From Anolis carolinensis (lineage: Eukaryota), in the NCBI RefSeq assembly GCF_035594765.1, contig NW_026943818.1, positions 20,844,724 through 20,908,723 on the forward strand: a stretch of 64,000 bases of DNA. The letters are read 5' to 3'. Below the pieces are notes generated by a model. That model was not told the DNA's origin and made no database searches. It was given only the letters and a program-made list of their open reading frames with translations. Numbering within the stretch: position 1 is the stretch's first letter; every line of letters begins with the position of its first letter. The position numbers were made by a program, and so were the translations under genes. Of the stretch, positions 61,899-64,000 are shown piece after piece.

Positions 61899-62189
61899 TC
61901 TGTAATGTGCATAATTAGGACAGAGTTAACAACAAAACCACTGGGCCGAATCACAGCAAATTTGGCCACAATACTCCTTTCCAAGGAGCGACCTTGCAGG
62001 TTCTAAGCCTGTCTGCTTCATATCTAGGGGATTCCATTGTTAGCCAACTTGAATGCCACGAAGAAAACCCCACTTAGGACTACACCACAGCAACACGTGG
62101 CCGGGGACAGCTAGTTATTATATAAGAAGCTATGCAATAATAAACTGATAACTATGTGTTTTCCTCTCTGGGAAATGTCCCCTCACCAG

Positions 62190-62468
62190 GCCCAGAGCTG
62201 GCGATTAATGACATTGCCGCTGACCGCAAGGTCTCCACGATGCCCGGCCGGTCTCTGCCCCTCCACTGCTCAGTCCGAAACCACACTGAAGAGGAGGAAC
62301 TGGTCTGGCTCCGGGAAGATGGGACCGTTGACCTGAAGGATGGGAACAGGATGACCGCCAGCAGCCTTTGTGTCTTCCCGGTCTCTGTGGAGGACAACGG
62401 CGTCTCCTTCACCTGCAGACTGGCCCGGGATAGCTCCGTCCAGGTCTCTGTCACCCTGGACGTCCTGT
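62190..62468 (+). CDS. TMIGD1: TMIGD1-like first Ig domain exon (gene continues beyond the window)
   Basis: CAG acceptor, GTGAGT donor, phase 1/1; LHCSVRNHTEEEELVWLREDGTVDLKDGN..SSLCV...DNGVSFTCRLARD.SV.VSVTLDV closely parallels mammalian TMIGD1 (LICAVQNHTREEELLWYREEGRVDLKSGN..DNGISFTCRL). Confidence 0.88.
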
Positions 62469-64000
62469 GTGAGTGAACAGCTTCTGGATCTTGGGTGGTT
62501 CTGGGTTTCGGTCTTCTATACACTGCAACATACCACTCTTGAGTGTTTGGTTTCCCCCAAAACTTCCTGATGGGATCCTAGAGTGAGAATGATGAAGGTG
62601 TATTGGGAAAATATAATGCTTGTATTGGAAACTATATATGTGCTGGTACGGCTGTACCAGAAGCTCTAACTTTATTTTCTTGCTGCTAATGTTTGCAGTC
62701 ATAGGACAGGCCGCCTGTCAATCATCATTAAGTTTGCTTCTGCCCCTTGTTCAGGGCTCTGGGAGGGAAGGAGCCATTTTTAAGTCTGTCTCACTTAGGA
62801 AGCTAAGCTATAGGACATAGACCAGCTTATCCCGTAGAAAAGCTTCATATCTCAAGCGCATCCGGGGATATAGAACATCCGAGAAACCAGAAACAGAAAT
62901 TCCAGGGGGAAAGTCTCAAAAGCTCTGGCTGAGAGCTCACAGCCTCTCAACCTCACAGCTCCTGAGAGAAACAGCCCTGAAGTTTCCAAAGAAACCTCAG
63001 AGAGGGAACAGCATCACAGATCCACAGAACCCCAGCTGAAACATCTGCAAGCCTTGGTTGGTAGGTCCACTCGATACCCAGACGCATTTGGAATCAGTAG
63101 TGGGTCCCACATCAGCTAAGCCCATATAATAGACAGCCTGGGAGAGGTTATAAGAAGGTTTTCACAGTTATCCAAAGCCAATTGCCTGTCCCCTGGGGAC
63201 AAGACTGAAAGGGCCAAAAGTTTATTAAGGAAACTTTGAAGTGTTATTTGACTCCTTGAAGATTTACTATTTGTTCATCAATAAAGACTTTGTTATCTCA
63301 TTAAAGACCCAAAGGACTATCCTTGTTCAGGAAAATTCTCAACAACCTCTCTTTTGAGGCGCCCTGGCTTTCCGCTGGGCATAAAGTATACGTCCTATAC
63401 CAAGACAATAGTTACAGGCCCAGCGCGTGACAGAACAATATATTTAATGTAATCATATTAGAAATGGGAATAGAAAATATATATAATCACAAGCAGAATG
63501 TGTGCATATATTCTCCAAAATACCTTCTGCCTAGTCTCCTCATAGCAGAGACCAAAGTTCGCCCAAAGTGCCAGAGACATCTGTCAAGTGTCAACAAGAA
63601 TAGATAAGCTCCATGCTAATGAAAAAAGACAAATTAAGGCTTTTGGGTTGTCAAAATATACTTAAAGTTACCTGGCGCCATGTAGGAGTGCTAATGACTC
63701 CCTAAAAGCTAAGATAGGGGAAATTCCTCAATTAATGGGACCCTAGGAAGCCTAGATAGGAATTCCTTAGATAAGATCTAATGGAGGGTCAGAGGTCTTG
63801 AAAGTAGCCTATATTTTAGGAAAATGCAAAAGTAGCTTTTAGTAAAGTGCAAAGTAAGACTTTAATTTAAGACACTAATTGGTGATGGATAATGCCTATA
63901 TGACGTAGGTAGATGAAGGCAAAAATGGTATTAAAAGGCCTGTGTTTCTTTGTTCTGTACCTTCGCTTTCCTGATGACAGGAGAGGGTCCTTCCTATGCT

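Noticed and set aside
62590-63432. Possible solo LTR in TMIGD1 intron
   Set aside because: TG...CA and AATAAA present but no matching TSD or second copy in the window; left uncalled.

Overview
Vertebrate genomic DNA from a squamate reptile, most likely Anolis, judged from Sauria SINEs and the Vingi/R4/L2/CR1/Penelope/Helitron/hAT/Tc1-mariner repeat mix. It is the orthologue of part of the mammalian Williams-Beuren interval. Gene order: TMEM270/WBSCR28-like (-, 2 coding exons) head-to-head with METTL27/WBSCR27 (+, 5 coding exons), then three claudins with intronless CDSs (an extra divergent claudin (-), CLDN4 (-), CLDN3 (+)), then the 5' part of a TMIGD1-like gene (+) where mammals have ABHD11. 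Intergenic and intronic DNA is dominated by transposon relics and many local minisatellites with higher-order structure. Most notable non-genic observations: (i) three copies of a composite non-autonomous hAT element, each with its own 8-bp TSD, carrying a 51-bp minisatellite built around the hAT target-like palindrome ATCTAGAT; (ii) Penelope-associated minimal hammerhead ribozyme motifs, one in sense orientation downstream of the extra claudin; (iii) a 50-bp near-perfect inverted repeat capping an ACTACA-TCCC motif array in the TMEM270/METTL27 divergent promoter; (iv) TAA-targeting R4/Dong retroelements with inverted, triplicated 3' ends. There is one 155-N assembly gap. All homology calls come from recalled sequences and motifs, not database searches.
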